This document shows positions 49,238 through 63,769 of a stretch of DNA of 64,000 nucleotides, piece by piece (position 1 is the stretch's first letter; each line of letters starts with the position of its first letter). Both the position numbers and the translations under genes were made by a program. This DNA is from Octopus bimaculoides (Eukaryota), in the NCBI RefSeq assembly GCF_001194135.2, contig NC_068982.1:91431206-91495205 (forward strand), in the 5' to 3' direction. Below the pieces are notes generated by a model. The model ran no database searches. It was not told where the DNA came from and was given only the letters and a program-made list of their open reading frames with translations.

Positions 49238-52200
49238 ACTATTTCCTTCTCTTTCTCAATTTAGTTTCCACGTTATTAATTAAACTCCTGTCTTATCGAC
49301 TCCTTTCTATATATGCTCCCAGAATTAATAAAATTAGCGCTATTGATGTATTATTATTCGTGTTGACTCTAGGCAGTTTTCTGCAGAAATCATCTCTGCT
49401 TCGTGTCACACACACTTTGGAAAGGCTTTGTTATTGCTATATTTTGCCAGTATAACATAACAAGGCGCAATGACTCATTATTATTTACGTAGTGGCCATT
49501 TAATAAGCTATATAGAAGAAAATAAATATCACGAAATATATAAATAATAAAGTAAAATGATTTATAATGCTAAGAAAGTAGAGTAAATGTAAAAGTCTTT
49601 TGTTTGAATTTGCGATAAAAAAACATACCATACATTACATACACATATACAGGACAACAAATGAGAAATGGTAGGCAAATTTCCTCGAATCAAAACCTGC
49701 AGTTTTGAAAAACGAATGACACATTAGACAATGTAGTCCTGGATATACAAAAAGACGGGTTGGGTACGGTTGTAGCGCTCTCAATGAGGGCTGATTTGGA
49801 GCTAAACGAACATTTGTTTATATGAATTCGTTTCAGTATTTTATAAAACCATGCACAAATCATAATAATGGAATTTTGTTGGAATTTAGTCGTGTTTAAA
49901 ATATATTATCTATAAGAAATATGTGTAGATATTTAGTAGTAATAAAATGACCGAATATCATAAACTATTAAGGAATATGACAGACCGTTGTTTTTGCTGT
50001 CTTCGATTAGGGCTTTGAAACAAAAGCGACATCCTAAACAATAACATCGTCACAAATAAATGTAAACTTTCTACTTCTATTGTAAACACCTCGTAATAAA
50101 CCTTGTCTCACGGTTTTCCGGTTTACAAAACAATTATTTCTGGGCGTTCTTTGTCAACATTAATTGTCCCTGTCAAGTAGAGGTATTTTTTGTAAGCATT
50201 TTGTTATTTGATTGGCCATTTTCATTTGAATTAGTTGCCTAGTACTCGTCTGTTGTTTGATTTACCATATTTATTTTTAGGGGGTTGTAAGAAACGCTGT
50301 TATCTTGGTCGTGAATAGATAGCTTTTCAAAATTTGTAATGGATATACATGTTGAATTGCTTATGTGTATATAAGTACATGTCATCATCATCATTATTTT
50401 ATATTTGTTGTCCTTTCTGGCAAGGGTTGGACAAGCACAGTAGTACTTTGGCCAATATGTTCAAAGAACATCCTCACTGGCAGTTAGGTCTCCTAGGCAA
50501 CAAGTTATCACCTACTTCTATAGAACCACTTGGGCATTGGATGGAGTCTATTTTGCAAGTAATCTTGGTACTTACTGATCCTGTGCATCTACTGCTTGTG
50601 AAAATTTCCTCCTCTTAGCCTACTGGGAGTAGGCTCCTCTTGTCCACATTTCATTTTTACCTTGGTTTTTCTGGCTGAAAACCCTACCTGTCACTAACTA
50701 CTTTTCAAAATGTACTGCGATTCTTTTTTTTTTTTTTTTTTTTTCGACACCAGCGTTGTAGAGATGTCCTGTCCTAGAAAAAAATTAAAGAGCTCGTTGT
50801 GTTTTTTGTGACACCAGCACTAGAGAGGTAGCTATGCCCTTAGCATGACTGTAATGGTTAATTAAGTGTAGTTAGTGGTCACCGGTTGCAATGGTATAGT
50901 ATTAGGATGTGTGTTGGTATCGGCCATTACCAATTGTAATGGGTGTTGATGTTGCTGATGTGCAAGATGAAAGAAGAACAGTGATCGAAGTTGTAAACAA
51001 ACATTTATTTACCGTTACTTTGTATATAGGCAAACACGATGGGCTGGTATGACAAATTCGTAAAGCATGCAAGGTAAAGAGAGGTATCCTAGATTTTCCT
51101 TGTTCTCTTCATTGTGTAGTAGTAAACCACAGATAGAGATAGGGTAATGTTGTAGGGATGAGAAAGTGAGCTAGTGAGAGCGGTAGGACGAAGCAATTGC
51201 TTTGTTGGTGAGTTACCATAATTGTCTCTCTGTGCCTTTTCTTTCAGAGACGGCGTTTCGTTAAGCCAGTCAGCCAAAACAGAGTTCTTGTATTTATAAC
51301 TATACAAAACTAGTTAGAAAAATAGATATATTTCATTCCATTCTCCACTGCATACAAGCGGTTAGAAGGGTCAAGTTAGCAAAGCCATATGTTAAAAGTA
51401 ACCATTGTTTTCTGTGAGAAAAATGCTGTTGCAATATTATGGGAAATTTGCTGAATCAGGTTCGAATCTACTTTATGTCTAAATGAAGTCTAAAGGAATT
51501 CCACAATTCCATGCCTCTGCTTACTTGCCAGCCTCTTTACAGAATGAGAAGCATGAGTGATAGTGATAGGAAGGATATGTAATAAGAGAAGGAAATACTG
51601 AGTATTTTTAGATAAGTACATTATACACAAGGCCTGGACAGAAGACAGGAGTCTTTGTAACCTTGAAAATAGACCAATGATAGAGGCCTAAGGTGTGTGG
51701 GAGAAAAGGAATAAGTGTATTCTGGCATGCATGCAGTGAAACAAAGTGAAGACAGGCAATATAAAAGGGAAGGATGAGGATAGAACTGGGCACAAGTGGT
51801 CTAGTGTTGCCTATACACATAGATGATGATATGGACCAAAGGGGTCAGGCAATGAGGGTAGTGGCATGGTGATTGGAAAGTTGATAGATCCTGTGCTAGT
51901 GAATGATGCAGAGTTGTGATTTGTGATGTGAAGAGGGTCAGAATTGTTACAGTAGTATCCTTAGTTACACTAACTAGAAGCAATGTATGGTGAATGGAAG
52001 AGGTCCACTACAATCCTGTCACACCAGAATCATAGAGCAGTGAGAACTGAGGAGTAATTGCATGATAAGGAATTGGCACATGTGAAAGAATGTAATGTGT
52101 GGTGAGTAGAAGAAAGGCTAAGTGTCATCTTTAGTCACATCTACAACAGAGAAGAGTAATAGGGGCATAGATGCAAGAAACAGAAGAGATAAAGGCATGA

Positions 52201-55200
52201 GTGACCATGGTATGGATAATAGACAAAAGAGTGAGTTAGAGGGATGTGTGATGTGAGGGACAAGAAACAGAGGGGTGAGTGATGTAGGTGATTGAGGAGT
52301 GAAAGGTTATCAGAGAGGCCAGTGATGTAGACTAGACAGAAAGCAAGCATGTCAGCATATGAACCATCATACAGATGTCTTGCAAAACATGCCTGTTTAT
52401 ATAGCAATAGACATAACAAAATTTTAACATCCATGTTGCCATGCCTAAGTGCCACAAGTCAATGTGATCCTTTGTCTTTATGAGGTGTAACAGCATTACA
52501 TCTGCCTTCATCACTTCATCCCTTCTTTCCTGATACATTTGTCACCATACTCTCTTGAACATGTTACCCTGAAGATACACTCTGGCTCCTCATCATCATC
52601 ACCTTAACTCCCCTTCATGCTCCACCCTACCTACCCATATGTAAAGTAGCACTGCATGTCTTCCTTAGCTCTTGACACTATATTCCTTTTCCTTCCTATT
52701 ACTTTCTTCCCTTTCAACGTCTCTGATAGTCTCTTCTTTATTTGCTCTCTGACAACAATAAACTTATATGATTCCAATAAGAGTTGGCTTAAATCCTGAT
52801 GAACTGTCTAACCCATGCATGTATCAAAAGTGGACATAAAAATGATAAAATATATATATGTGGAGGAGCACTGGAGCCCTCTGTTTGACTCCTCCAGTCA
52901 CTGGGTTCTCCCTACTCAACCCACTCCATTGCACTTACCACTTTGTCTGCTCCCTTTCACGCTCACCTCTAATATTATACTTCCCTTTTCCCTGTCTTTT
53001 TCATTACCCCGCCTCAACTGCTCCTCTCTTAGTCTATCCTCTACCATCCTCTAAATCTGTTTCTTCCAACTTACTTTAACTTCTACACTTTCAGTCAGAC
53101 AGCCTCTTTATTGTATTGGTGTCATGTAAAAGCACCCAGTACACTCTGTTATTGGTTGGTAAATTAAATCAAGAAGCAATAACACAGAACTTGAGGCTGT
53201 TTAATCTTGCCAAGGGTAAGACAACTTCTTCAGTTTCGGACAATTCATGAGGCATCCATTTTCCAAGTTTAGGAAACTTTCCAAGTTGTTGAAGATGACG
53301 ATGAACAGTTGTATGGTTTGAACTAAGCTTTATTGTCAATTCTTCAACTGATAATGCAGGATTTTCTTTAAGTAATGCCTCAAGGAGCTTATCATCAAAC
53401 TCAACTGGACGTCCTGTTCGATCTTCATCTTCAAGGCTGAAATCTCCACTTCTGAATTTTGCAAAACATCTTTTGCAAGTTCTTTCATTCAAGCATTCTT
53501 TCCCACAAACTGAGTGTATGTTTTGAGTCGCTTCAGCTGCAGAGTTTCCTTTCTTGTACTCATAAAGCATTATGTGCCTCAAATTCTCTTTGGATANNNN
53601 NNNNNNNNNNNNNNNNNNNNNNNNNNNNNNNNNNNNNNNNNNNNNNNNNNNNNNNNNNNNNNNNNNNNNNNNNNNNNNNNNNNNNNNNNNNNNNNNNNNN
53701 NNNNNNNNNNNNNNNNNNNNNNNNNNNNNNNNNNNNNNNNNNNNNNNNNNNNNNNNNNNNNNNNNNNNNNNNNNNNNNNNNNNNNNTTCTATTATTCTGT
53801 AAAATAATATTTAATTAGTTTAAATGGACACAAATGCATAAAAATAATTTTTAATTCCATTAGACATTCTAAAATACTATTAAATTTCATTCAATTTAAA
53901 AAAAGGTAAAATCAGACAGAACTTATGGGATGACCTGATAATACATCATCTCTGTTCAACATGTGGCTTATTGTGTGTACATATTGGTGAACCAGAAAAG
54001 TTTGGGAGCAGCTCTATGTGCGAGTGTGTGCAATGTGGTATAATAAAGCTTAGTTCAAACACTAGCAAATATGTCAACAGTACCAACACAGTTTACTTTC
54101 TTACTGCAAGAGTTTAGGACTCACAAGTTATGTGAAATCCTATATATTGCAAATTCAAACCATGCAAGGAAAATGAATGATATGGGATTGTCTAATTTCT
54201 GAACTATTCAAAGCCTAGCAGCAGCATCTTATAAAAAGAGCTATATTTTTCTACACCCTTACCACAAAATATTAAGGTGGTTTGATGTCAGAATCGTATC
54301 ACATCGGACAAAATGCTTAACAGCAAATCTTCCAGCTCTTTAAGTTCTGAGTTCAAACTCCACCTAGGTCAACTTTGCCTTACATCTTTTTAGGGTTTTG
54401 ATAAAATAAAGTACCAGTTAAGTACAGGGTCGATGTAACCAATTTGCCCACTCCCTGCAAAATTGTTGGCCTTGTACTAAAATAAGAAAGAACTATTTCT
54501 CTAAATATTAAAAACAATTTTTTGCATAAATGATGTTATAACAATTTCCATTGGATACTATTAAAGAAGAAGAATCTAAGGAATTTTTGCTATAGTTTAT
54601 TTTCTGATTGTATACTTTTGTTTTCTTCAGTGCCTGCAGATCATGAGGTGTCTGCTACCCAGTCTATGGTCCTGTCCCAAAGCCTGCGCCGAGTTCGAGA
54701 TACAGTTTCTAGACTCAGCACTGAACACAAGGACCTTCACAGTACAGTTTCCCGAGTGGGAAAAGCTATTGATAGAGTCAGTTGATTTTATTGGTTCTTT
54801 TTTTCCCATATTTTTTGTTTGTTTGTGTATTATTTGATTTTAAAGTCTTATCTCTTGTTAAAATTATTTTATTAATTTTGTACGATACAAAGATATAGGA
54901 GCTACTTTTGTATTTTTTTTACGGATCTACATATTAAAAATATTTTAAAAATATTCTTAATGATACTTATGATGGGTTGCAATATAAGTTATTACTTATT
55001 ATCTTGTTGATTTGAACTTAAAAACTTTTTATGTTGTAAGTCAAAATCAGACACAAAATTGTGTATGATCAAAGTATTTAGTATCATAAAAAAGTAATTG
55101 AGTGTTTGTAGTATCACCTCTCTGTAATAATATAACATATCTATATAACTGTTTTGTAGTCCCACATAAACAAACAAAAAGCTAATGAGGCAAAATATGT

Positions 55201-58200
55201 ATTTAGTAGCTGAACAAATACTCACCAAATCCCCCTGGGATCACATCTGTCTTAAAAAGAGGTAAAACACATTGATTAATGAAACTGGATATAGAAAAAG
55301 AAGGATGGTCAATGCTAAAACAAGTCTACTCAGTCAAGATTGACCTGGGGTTTAACAGCAATGTTAGAAAATTGTTGATCATATGTCTTTTCAGAATTGA
55401 ATTAACTAAACAATAATGTACAGTGCTAATGAGGGAAATTCTTTGTGATTGTTTGACTTGATATAAATAGTAATTAAGTTTTCCTCAAATACCACACAAG
55501 CATCTTAAGAAAGGATACATTGAATAATGAAGTCCTAAAAGCACTATACATACATACATCATCATCATCTTTTAACGTCCGCCTTCCATGCTAGCATGGG
55601 TTGGACGATTTGACTGAGGACTGGCGAACCAGAAGGCTGCCCCAGGCTCCAATCTGATCTGGCAGAGTTTCTACAGCTGGATGCCATTCCTAACACCAAC
55701 CACTCCGAGAGTGTAGTGGGTGCTTTTACGTGCCACTGGCACAAGGGCCAGTCAGGCGGTACTGGCAACGGCCAAGCTCAAAATGGTGTTTTTTACGTGC
55801 CACCTGCACAGGAGTCAGTCCAGCGGCACTGGCAACGACCTCGCTTGACTGTTTTTTCATGTGCCAGTAAGGCGACGCTGGTAACAATCATGCTCAAATG
55901 GTGAAATACATTTTGCTTTAGTAAGTCCAGCATTTACAATCTCTACTATTACATGTTCAGTCAGCCTCAAACACCCAGACAAAGATTCTAAAACACTATC
56001 TCTCCCATTCATGCATATCGCTACATATAATGCCAACTGCTACATTCTGATTGAATCTCAGTTTCACTGTGGCCACATTTAGATCCTTCTGGCTTCTACA
56101 TGATCACTTAATATGTGAGAAATAGCAGTTAAACCTTCCTCAAATTACACCCTACCATCTCAAAAAGAGAAAAATATATTGGGTAATGTTATATTGGATA
56201 CATGTACAAGAAATTGGCAGGTTTGCCATGGCTGGAGTAACTTTGATTATTGGTCTGATCACACAGGGCTGACCTGGGCTAAATAACAACTGACATACAG
56301 GAACAAATAAATCAATTGAGGAAATGTATTATGTCTAAATTAACACAGTGTACCTCTTATGGTAAACCAGTGCATGTTAGAGTACATTGTCTGTTCCTCA
56401 ACCAGAGCTGTGGCATGGTATATCCGTAGTACTTGATCTGTGGATTTTACCCAGATTATTTGATTGATTAGCTGTATTGGATGTTTCTTGATCAGGAATG
56501 ACACAGGGCTATACAACAACAACAACAAACTGCCTTCAGTAGAATATAAATTTTCGTCAGCTGGTGGTTGTGTTGGTTGGTTTCTTCGGTCATGCTTTAC
56601 ATTGTATAGTGAAAAAGGGAGTGAGAGTAAACAGAGGGGTAAGATGAGTGTACATACTATGTGTGGTGGCAGGGAATGGTTAAGAGAGAAAGAATTATAG
56701 AGACATTAGGAGAGGGAGTAAATGACAATAGTTATGTGCAAAGTTATAGAAATGGGAAATTAGCTTTATATAATTTTATTTTAAGATATTAGATATTTTT
56801 CTTTCAGAAATTAGTATTTATTTCATTATTTTGTATAAGCATCAAGAAACTCAATAGAAAATTAAATTATAAATATTCTATGTATGCCATATTTCTTGAT
56901 ATTACCCGTAGTGTTAAAAATGTACTTCCAAAGTTCTGTCGTATGTTAGATTATATTCTAGTTCAAGTTCTAATGGGCATTTCATAAAAAATTCTTCTAC
57001 ATCTGTTTTTTGTATAATAACTTTAATATTTATAATAATCAAAAATAATTTAGATATTTACAATATTCAACAATAATTTCCGTATCTTTGTGATACTTGT
57101 ATGTGTAAAATTTAATTATTTTTTCTTTCTTTTCCCCAGAATTTTAAATCTGATTTTAGTTCAATAACCACAGCTGGTGCATTTGAAGGAGATGAAAAAC
57201 AGAAAATTCTAAATAAAGTTGTGTGTGAACACTTTTTACGTCAAGGAATGTTAGATATAGCTGAGGCATTGAATGAGGTTAGTAAATGATGTATTTAACA
57301 ATTTCATATACACTAAATAACCAAATACAATCTATTTCACATTCAAAACAAGGCCATTTGCCAGTTAAGCCTGTATACAAAAGCCCTGTAAACACCAACA
57401 TTCTAGCAACCAGTTCGTTGTTCCTTTAACTGTCCTTTCCACTTACTACAAAATCACTTCATTCTGAATAGAGCATTAGGCCACTAACAACTTTTTTCCA
57501 TTGTTTCAGAGGTGAGGCCTTCCTCTCCCAGGTTTTGTTGGTTTTAAATTGTCATTGATGCTTCAGTAACTTTGCTTCTTATCTAGGTAGGAGTATTGGC
57601 CCCTTTTACATAGGGCCAATACTCCTACCTTGATAATGGTCCTATGTAAACCTGTTTTTATAACTAGGAAGAGGTGATCCATATAAGTCTGCCTTTATCC
57701 ATTGACCTGTCCAGCATGAGAGGCCCTACTTGGATTTTGTGCTTTGTGCATAGTTCTTAGGGTCATTGGAGGCACATAAGCCACTACACTAACAGACTGG
57801 ACCTTGTGATAGTACTATTGCTACTATAATGGGCTGTACTCTGATGAACTTCCGATAAATTCTCTTCTTACCTGGTTTTTTTTTTCCTCAACTAACTAGA
57901 AATGTGTAAATGCAATTACATTAACCTCATTTAATTATTTGACAATTCTTGGAGGGTTCACTTAAAAAGCTATGAGAATGCTCCTCAAATTGATGATTGA
58001 AAAAAAAATGTTTTACTAACATATTTATCCAAGAATATTTTGTACATTAACTTATAGGAAGCAGATCTCAATTTAGAAGAAAGTAGAAAAGAACCATTTT
58101 TGGAATTACATCGCATTTTAGAAGCTCTTAAAGAAAAAAATTTAGAACCTGCATTAAAGTAAGTACACATGTTCCTCTTTTGTAAGTGTCAAAGTTAAAA

Positions 58201-61200
58201 TATATTTTAAAAATCATTGTTATTGAGTTTAATTACAGATATTTGCAAATTCCTCATCGAATTATAGATGTTATATTAATTTTATTTAATCAGTTTAACT
58301 CCATATCTCATGTTAGATTTGGAATTGTCCTTGTGTTATCCTGAGGCTAAATGGATTCTTTCAACATATACTGATAGAGAGCTACTTGTCGGTTTGCTTG
58401 ATGAATGCCTCCAAGTCAACCATCATCAAACAAATTTATGATCAAAGGTGTTTCAGCTGTGACGATTTTGTTTTTAGTTTAGACAGAGTATACCAGGACT
58501 ATATTAAATGTATTTCATTTTTCCCTTTTTTAAAGCAATTGTTCTTACATTTGGATGATTTACTAAAAAAAAAAAAATAGTTTGTTTGCCTTTATATTGT
58601 TTCTTTGGTATTCTATATTTTCACATGACATCATAGGTGTGTTGCTTTTTCTTTATTTCTGTTGAATCATTATTTATTCATTATTTATTTTTCATTTGGA
58701 TGATCTCATTATGATAACCACTTAGTAGAATGTAGGAGTGAAACTTCTTTTGTCAGTCAGGTAAATTCTGCATCTCTCTCTGCATTGTGACACTATATTA
58801 TCTCATCTGTGATGTTTTAAAATCTTACACTTTCTGTGTACTTATCTCATAGTAGGTGGATGGCAGAGTCAGTTAAGTGTTGGCTCGAAATACCTTGTGG
58901 TAATTGACTGTGCACTTTTATGTTGTAAGTTTAAATCTCTCCCCAGTCAACTTTGCTAATTATTAGTTGTGTATGTGTTTTCCCTTGTTCTGACATTACG
59001 TGATACTTGTAAATGAGCTTAACTATCATATAAGTAATGCCATTCATTTCCAGTATTCTGAAAAACTTGTTTGGCCAAATATTTCCTTGCTTGGAAACAG
59101 GTAAGGGTTGGCGAAAGGAAGGGCATCCAACCATAGAAAACCTACCTCAGTGGATGTTAAAATGATGATGATGATGATAATTGATAGAAATACTGGGATC
59201 GGCTGTACCATAGAAGATGATGCTCTGACATGGTCAAAGTCTAATGACTGACAACTGGTAAAAAAATGAAAGATTTGAATAACTATATTTAATATCATAT
59301 TCCCATCTAATTCAGGTTTTGACCCCTGATACTTATTGGCTATTAAAGGTGATGAATTGACAGAACCTTTAGAGCATAGGATAAAATGTCTTGTATTTGG
59401 TCTAGCCTTCTGTCTTCTGAGTTCAAATCCTGCTGAGATCAACTTTGCCTTTCATCCTTTTGTAGTTAATAAATATTAAGCACGAGCATAGCTGTGTGGT
59501 TAAGAAGCTCACTTTTCAACCATGTTGTTTTAGCTTTAGTCTCGCTGCATGGCACCTTGGGCAAGTGTCTTCTACTATAGTTCTGTGCCAGCCAATGCGT
59601 CATGAGAGATTTTAATAAATGACAGTTGTGTGGAAACCCTTCAGATTTATATACCACTATTGACCAGATCATCGGATGTTGTTACACCCTGCTGGCTACT
59701 TGCTCGGCAGGCAGGCTAACATTCCACCTGAATGGACTGGAGCAACATGAAATGAAATGTTTTGTTCCTGAGCGCAACACTGTTGGTCTGGGAATTGAAA
59801 CATTGATCTTGCACCTGTGAGTGTGCAACACTCTAACCACTAGGCCATGCTCCTTCACACACACAACACACGTGTGTCTGTGTTTGTCCCCTCTGCTTGA
59901 CAACCAATGCTGCTTTGTTTACCTCCCATAACTTACCAGTTTGGCAAATGGGACTGATAGAATAAATATTAGATTGAAAAATAAGTACTGGGGTGGATTC
60001 TTCTCTACCTGGATTGTACTTTTGATTCTGTTTCTGAAGTCCAGCCATGCTACATTGTGTCCTGCCTGAGTATTACATTAAAGGTACACATGTCTGTGGA
60101 ATACTCAACCACTTACGTGTTAACTTCATGAGTAGGAATTCAATTGGTTGAACTACTGAATGTTCATTGTTGAAAATGATAGAGAGCATTAAAGGCTTCT
60201 AGCCTTAAGAAATTTATTTTCAGTTCTTGTTTGTATCTTCTCTTCTGTGGTTATAAATTCCTTAGATTATGTATTTCCGTTGAATGCTTACTTAGTTTTT
60301 TTTTTTAATGGAGGCAAAGATAAAAAAAAATTACAGAGAAGAGTGTAGACGCTTTGTTTAACGTCTGCACAAATTTGAATGGTTTCATTATTTCGAGGTG
60401 ACTTCAGATTTAACTCCCTTGACTTAACCATGTATTCCTGCCACTCTCCACACTTCAGAACATAGGATTGTAGGATATTGACCCAACAGTAAAGGGGCCT
60501 CTATGTAATCATTCAGTCTGGTAGAAAGAGCAGCCAAATCTTTCTCAAAGCCACTTTAGTATAGAGAAACAACCCATTGATTAACCCTTTTGATATTAAT
60601 CTGCTTGAGACTGTCCTTGGTTCTATAACAAACTTGTTTTTGTAAAGTGATTTAAATTAAATCTCTCAAAATTTCATGTTAATTTATGTTCCAAATACCA
60701 TATTAAAAATGACAGTTATTTTTGTAAATTCTTCATTATTTTAAAAATTATATGAAACGGAGATAATATATTTCAATAGAAATGTGAGGATAGCTTTTGG
60801 TGGAACACCTTTGATCATAAGTCTGTTGGATGAGAATTGATTTAAGGTTTCAATCAATAACAACATGGGATACTGTCAAAAGCCTTCAGAATATTAAAAC
60901 TAGCAACATTATTGTCTCTCCTTTTTTTTTTAAAGACTACAAGGTTATTTCAAGGAGATTTGATTGTTATTTCTATCAAGTTGTGCAGCAATTTATCAGC
61001 TCCATTGTAAATAAAGTTTATTTAGAATTGGTGGGTTAGTTGAATCAAGCCAATATATATTACTGGTACATATTTTCACAATTCTATTGGAATAGAAGTA
61101 AGGATGTTCTCTACTAGGATTTACTTTCTGACCCCTGAATTATAGAACTAGATGCTGTTATAAAGCATCAGTTTTGCTCACAATGATGTGTGCCAGTTTT

Positions 61201-61543
61201 GTCATCATCATTGATTCTCTTTTAAAGCAAAATGTTAACATTCAAATTTATTAATTTTGGTAAAAATTAGAAATATTTTTGTATGCATCTATTTACAAAC
61301 CTGACATCGAAATTGAATTAATTACTCTTTGATATAGAACTGGTATTGTCTTGGTACATACAGTGCCATTGAATGCAACAACAATAAAATAGATACTCTA
61401 GAAAGAAGCAAAGGTATTTAGTTGCAACCTTTTACATCCTAAGTTCAAATTCTTCTGAAGTTTAGTTTGCTTTTCTTCTTTCCAGGATCAATGAAATAAG
61501 TACCTGAGTTTTAATATAATGTATATTCACCACAATATATTCT

Positions 61544-61575
<32 letters not shown>

Positions 61576-62325
61576 AATCATATATATTCTCTGCCAAAAT
61601 GTATGACCTTATGCTTATGTAAGAAGTTACTTTATTATACTGAGAAGGAATGACTCTCATAGTCTTTGCAAATCTTCCCAAATTTAGGAACTTGATTTAA
61701 GACTGTTATGGCTGCATAAAAAGTAATTTTATTTGTTGTATAGATATTTTTAATCTGTACTATCAATGTTATTGGATGAAGCTGCATCATTTTCTCAAAA
61801 CATCTGGATTTTTTTTAAAACCCATTTTAGGGATTCAGATTATTTTCACAAATTTGGATATAAATTGTTAGAAGAAACATTTTTCTTTTTACAGATTCAT
61901 GCAGTCACTAAATCTTCTAGTGCGAATAGTGTTTATTTTCAGATACAAGTGAAATCTCTCTTGTAAAAATATATAACGTAGCAGTTTTGAACTATGTTGT
62001 CTGTAGTACAACAGAAATTATAAAACTTTTTCAGTTGTGTATGTATTTGAAAAATGTATTGATTAAAACGAAAATAAAAAAGCAAATTATTTTCTGCTAT
62101 ATATATAATATTGTTCAAAAGAGTTAAAATAATATTTTGTATATTTGTTTGTCAACAGATGGGCTGAGTCTAACAGATCAAAACTGATGGCTCAAAATAG
62201 TTCTTTAGAATTCAAATTGCATCGGTTACAGTTTATAAGTTTGATTCGCCAAGGTCAGAGCAAACAAATGGTAGCATTAATGTATTCCAAAAATTTTGCA
62301 CCTTTTGCTAGCCAACATGCCAAAG
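48315..62325 (+). CDS. RMND5A: RMND5/GID2, E3 ligase subunit of the CTLH/GID complex, 5' partial (continues beyond window); join(48315..48450,54631..54776,57140..57277,58058..58158,62159..62325)
   Basis: [18 protein letters not shown]... / ...[17 protein letters not shown] / NF...[21 protein letters not shown] (LisH) / [24 protein letters not shown] / [29 protein letters not shown] (CTLH). GT-AG introns with consistent phases. The A/B paralogue label is not meaningful in an invertebrate. Confidence 0.93.
50925..51470. repeat. Unclassified interspersed repeat, copy 2 (see 1830-2490)
   Basis: Same orientation and shared blocks as 1830-2490. Confidence 0.75.
53169..53940 (-). mobile_element. 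Truncated mariner (Mos1/Hsmar-like) transposon; transposase N-terminal HTH region only
   Basis: [58 protein letters not shown]...[11 protein letters not shown] carries the mariner HTH domains, GRP linker and WVPHEL-like motif. The DDD catalytic domain is absent. TIR-like TA-TCAGGTCATCCCATAAG at 53921-53940; ORF start in gap 53597-53786. Confidence 0.88.
55555..55905 (-). mobile_element. RTE-tailed retroposon copy in RMND5 intron 2
   Basis: CATCATCATC-TTTTAACGTCCGCCTTCCATGCTAGCATGGGTTGGACG, with internal TTTTACGTGCCAC subrepeats. Older copies at ~8000-8200, 10450-10680, 21090-21370, 29360-29640, 62470-62715. Confidence 0.85.
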
Positions 62326-63769
62326 GTGAGTATCTTTGTTTCACATTAAAATCTGAATGAGAACATAATAGCTACATAGTTATTGATTTCCTAAAGTAAG
62401 AAATTCATAAAGAATTAATCTGAAATTAATTAGCGATTTAATGTATACACAGTTCACTAAAATCTTTGCTTTGTGCCTGAGATAATTTGACTATAAATGC
62501 TGGTGCCATGTAAATGCACCCGTGCTGGTGCAGTGTAAAAGCACCCAGTATACTCTGTAAAGTGGTTGGCATTAGGTATCCAATTGTAGAAACTATGCCT
62601 AAACAGACATGGAGCCAGAGTAGCTCTTCAGCTGCAGCTCTGTCAAACTGGCCAACCCATGCTAGCATAGAAAACGAACATTAAATAATGATGATGATAA
62701 TGACTATGATGAATTTGAAGTAGATAAACTAAGGAATCTGTTATAACTATAGTATAAAAATAGCACCATATAGATTTTTGTTTAGACACAAAACTGTTTT
62801 TTTTTTCTTTTAATAAGAGGAAATAATTTACTATACTCCAAAATATTAGTCAAATTAACAGGATTTGAAAGGCAATGTTGACAATGATGGGATATAACTT
62901 GAGAATCAGCTGCTAAGACTTTTATAATGTAAATATTAGACATAATAAGCACCACTTTGAAATGATGAGATCAACAGGCTCACTCACACTGTTCAAACTA
63001 TAAATACATGTACATTTGTTTGTGTGAAACCTTAACATTATTGGTAACAGACAATCCAGTAGAGTTTGTTACATGTGCAGGTTGTTGGTGACTAAACTAG
63101 CCTACCCACCAGACTAGTCTGGCGAGGAGGGTTGCTAGAAACTCAGCAAGAAAAAAGTAAGCCCTGTCAAAGGAACAGATGAGTTATTGACCAGCAATAA
63201 TTAGGGTAGGTGAGTAGGCTGCAAGCTGGCAGAATCATTAACACTCTGGGTAAAATGCTTAGTGGCATTTTGTCTGTCTTTATGTTCTGAGTTCAAATTC
63301 CACTGAGGTTGACTTTGCCTGTCATCCTTTCGGGGTTGATAAAATAAGTAAAGGTTGGAACACTGGGGTTGATGTAATCAACTTACCCACTTCCCCAAAA
63401 TTGCTGGCCGTATGCCAAAATTTGAAGTCAGTAATTAGGGTTGGTGAGTATTATGGAAAATTTCCAGAAGAGTACTTGATAGGAAGTTGCATCCTATGCT
63501 CTATGCTAACAAATCACTGCACTGTGCCTTGGACAAGTTTCTTCCATTATACCCATGGATTGACCAATGCTTTATGAGTGAATTTGGTGGATGGGCATTT
63601 GTGAAGCAGCTCATCATGTATGTGTCTGCATGTTTGTTCATTTTGCACATCTTTACAACTGATGTAGGTTTGTTTATAAACCCATGACTTAGCAGTCTTC
63701 ATAAAAGAGACTAATACAATAAATAACCAGGCTTAAAATAGGTACTGGGAACCATCTGATTACTATTTT

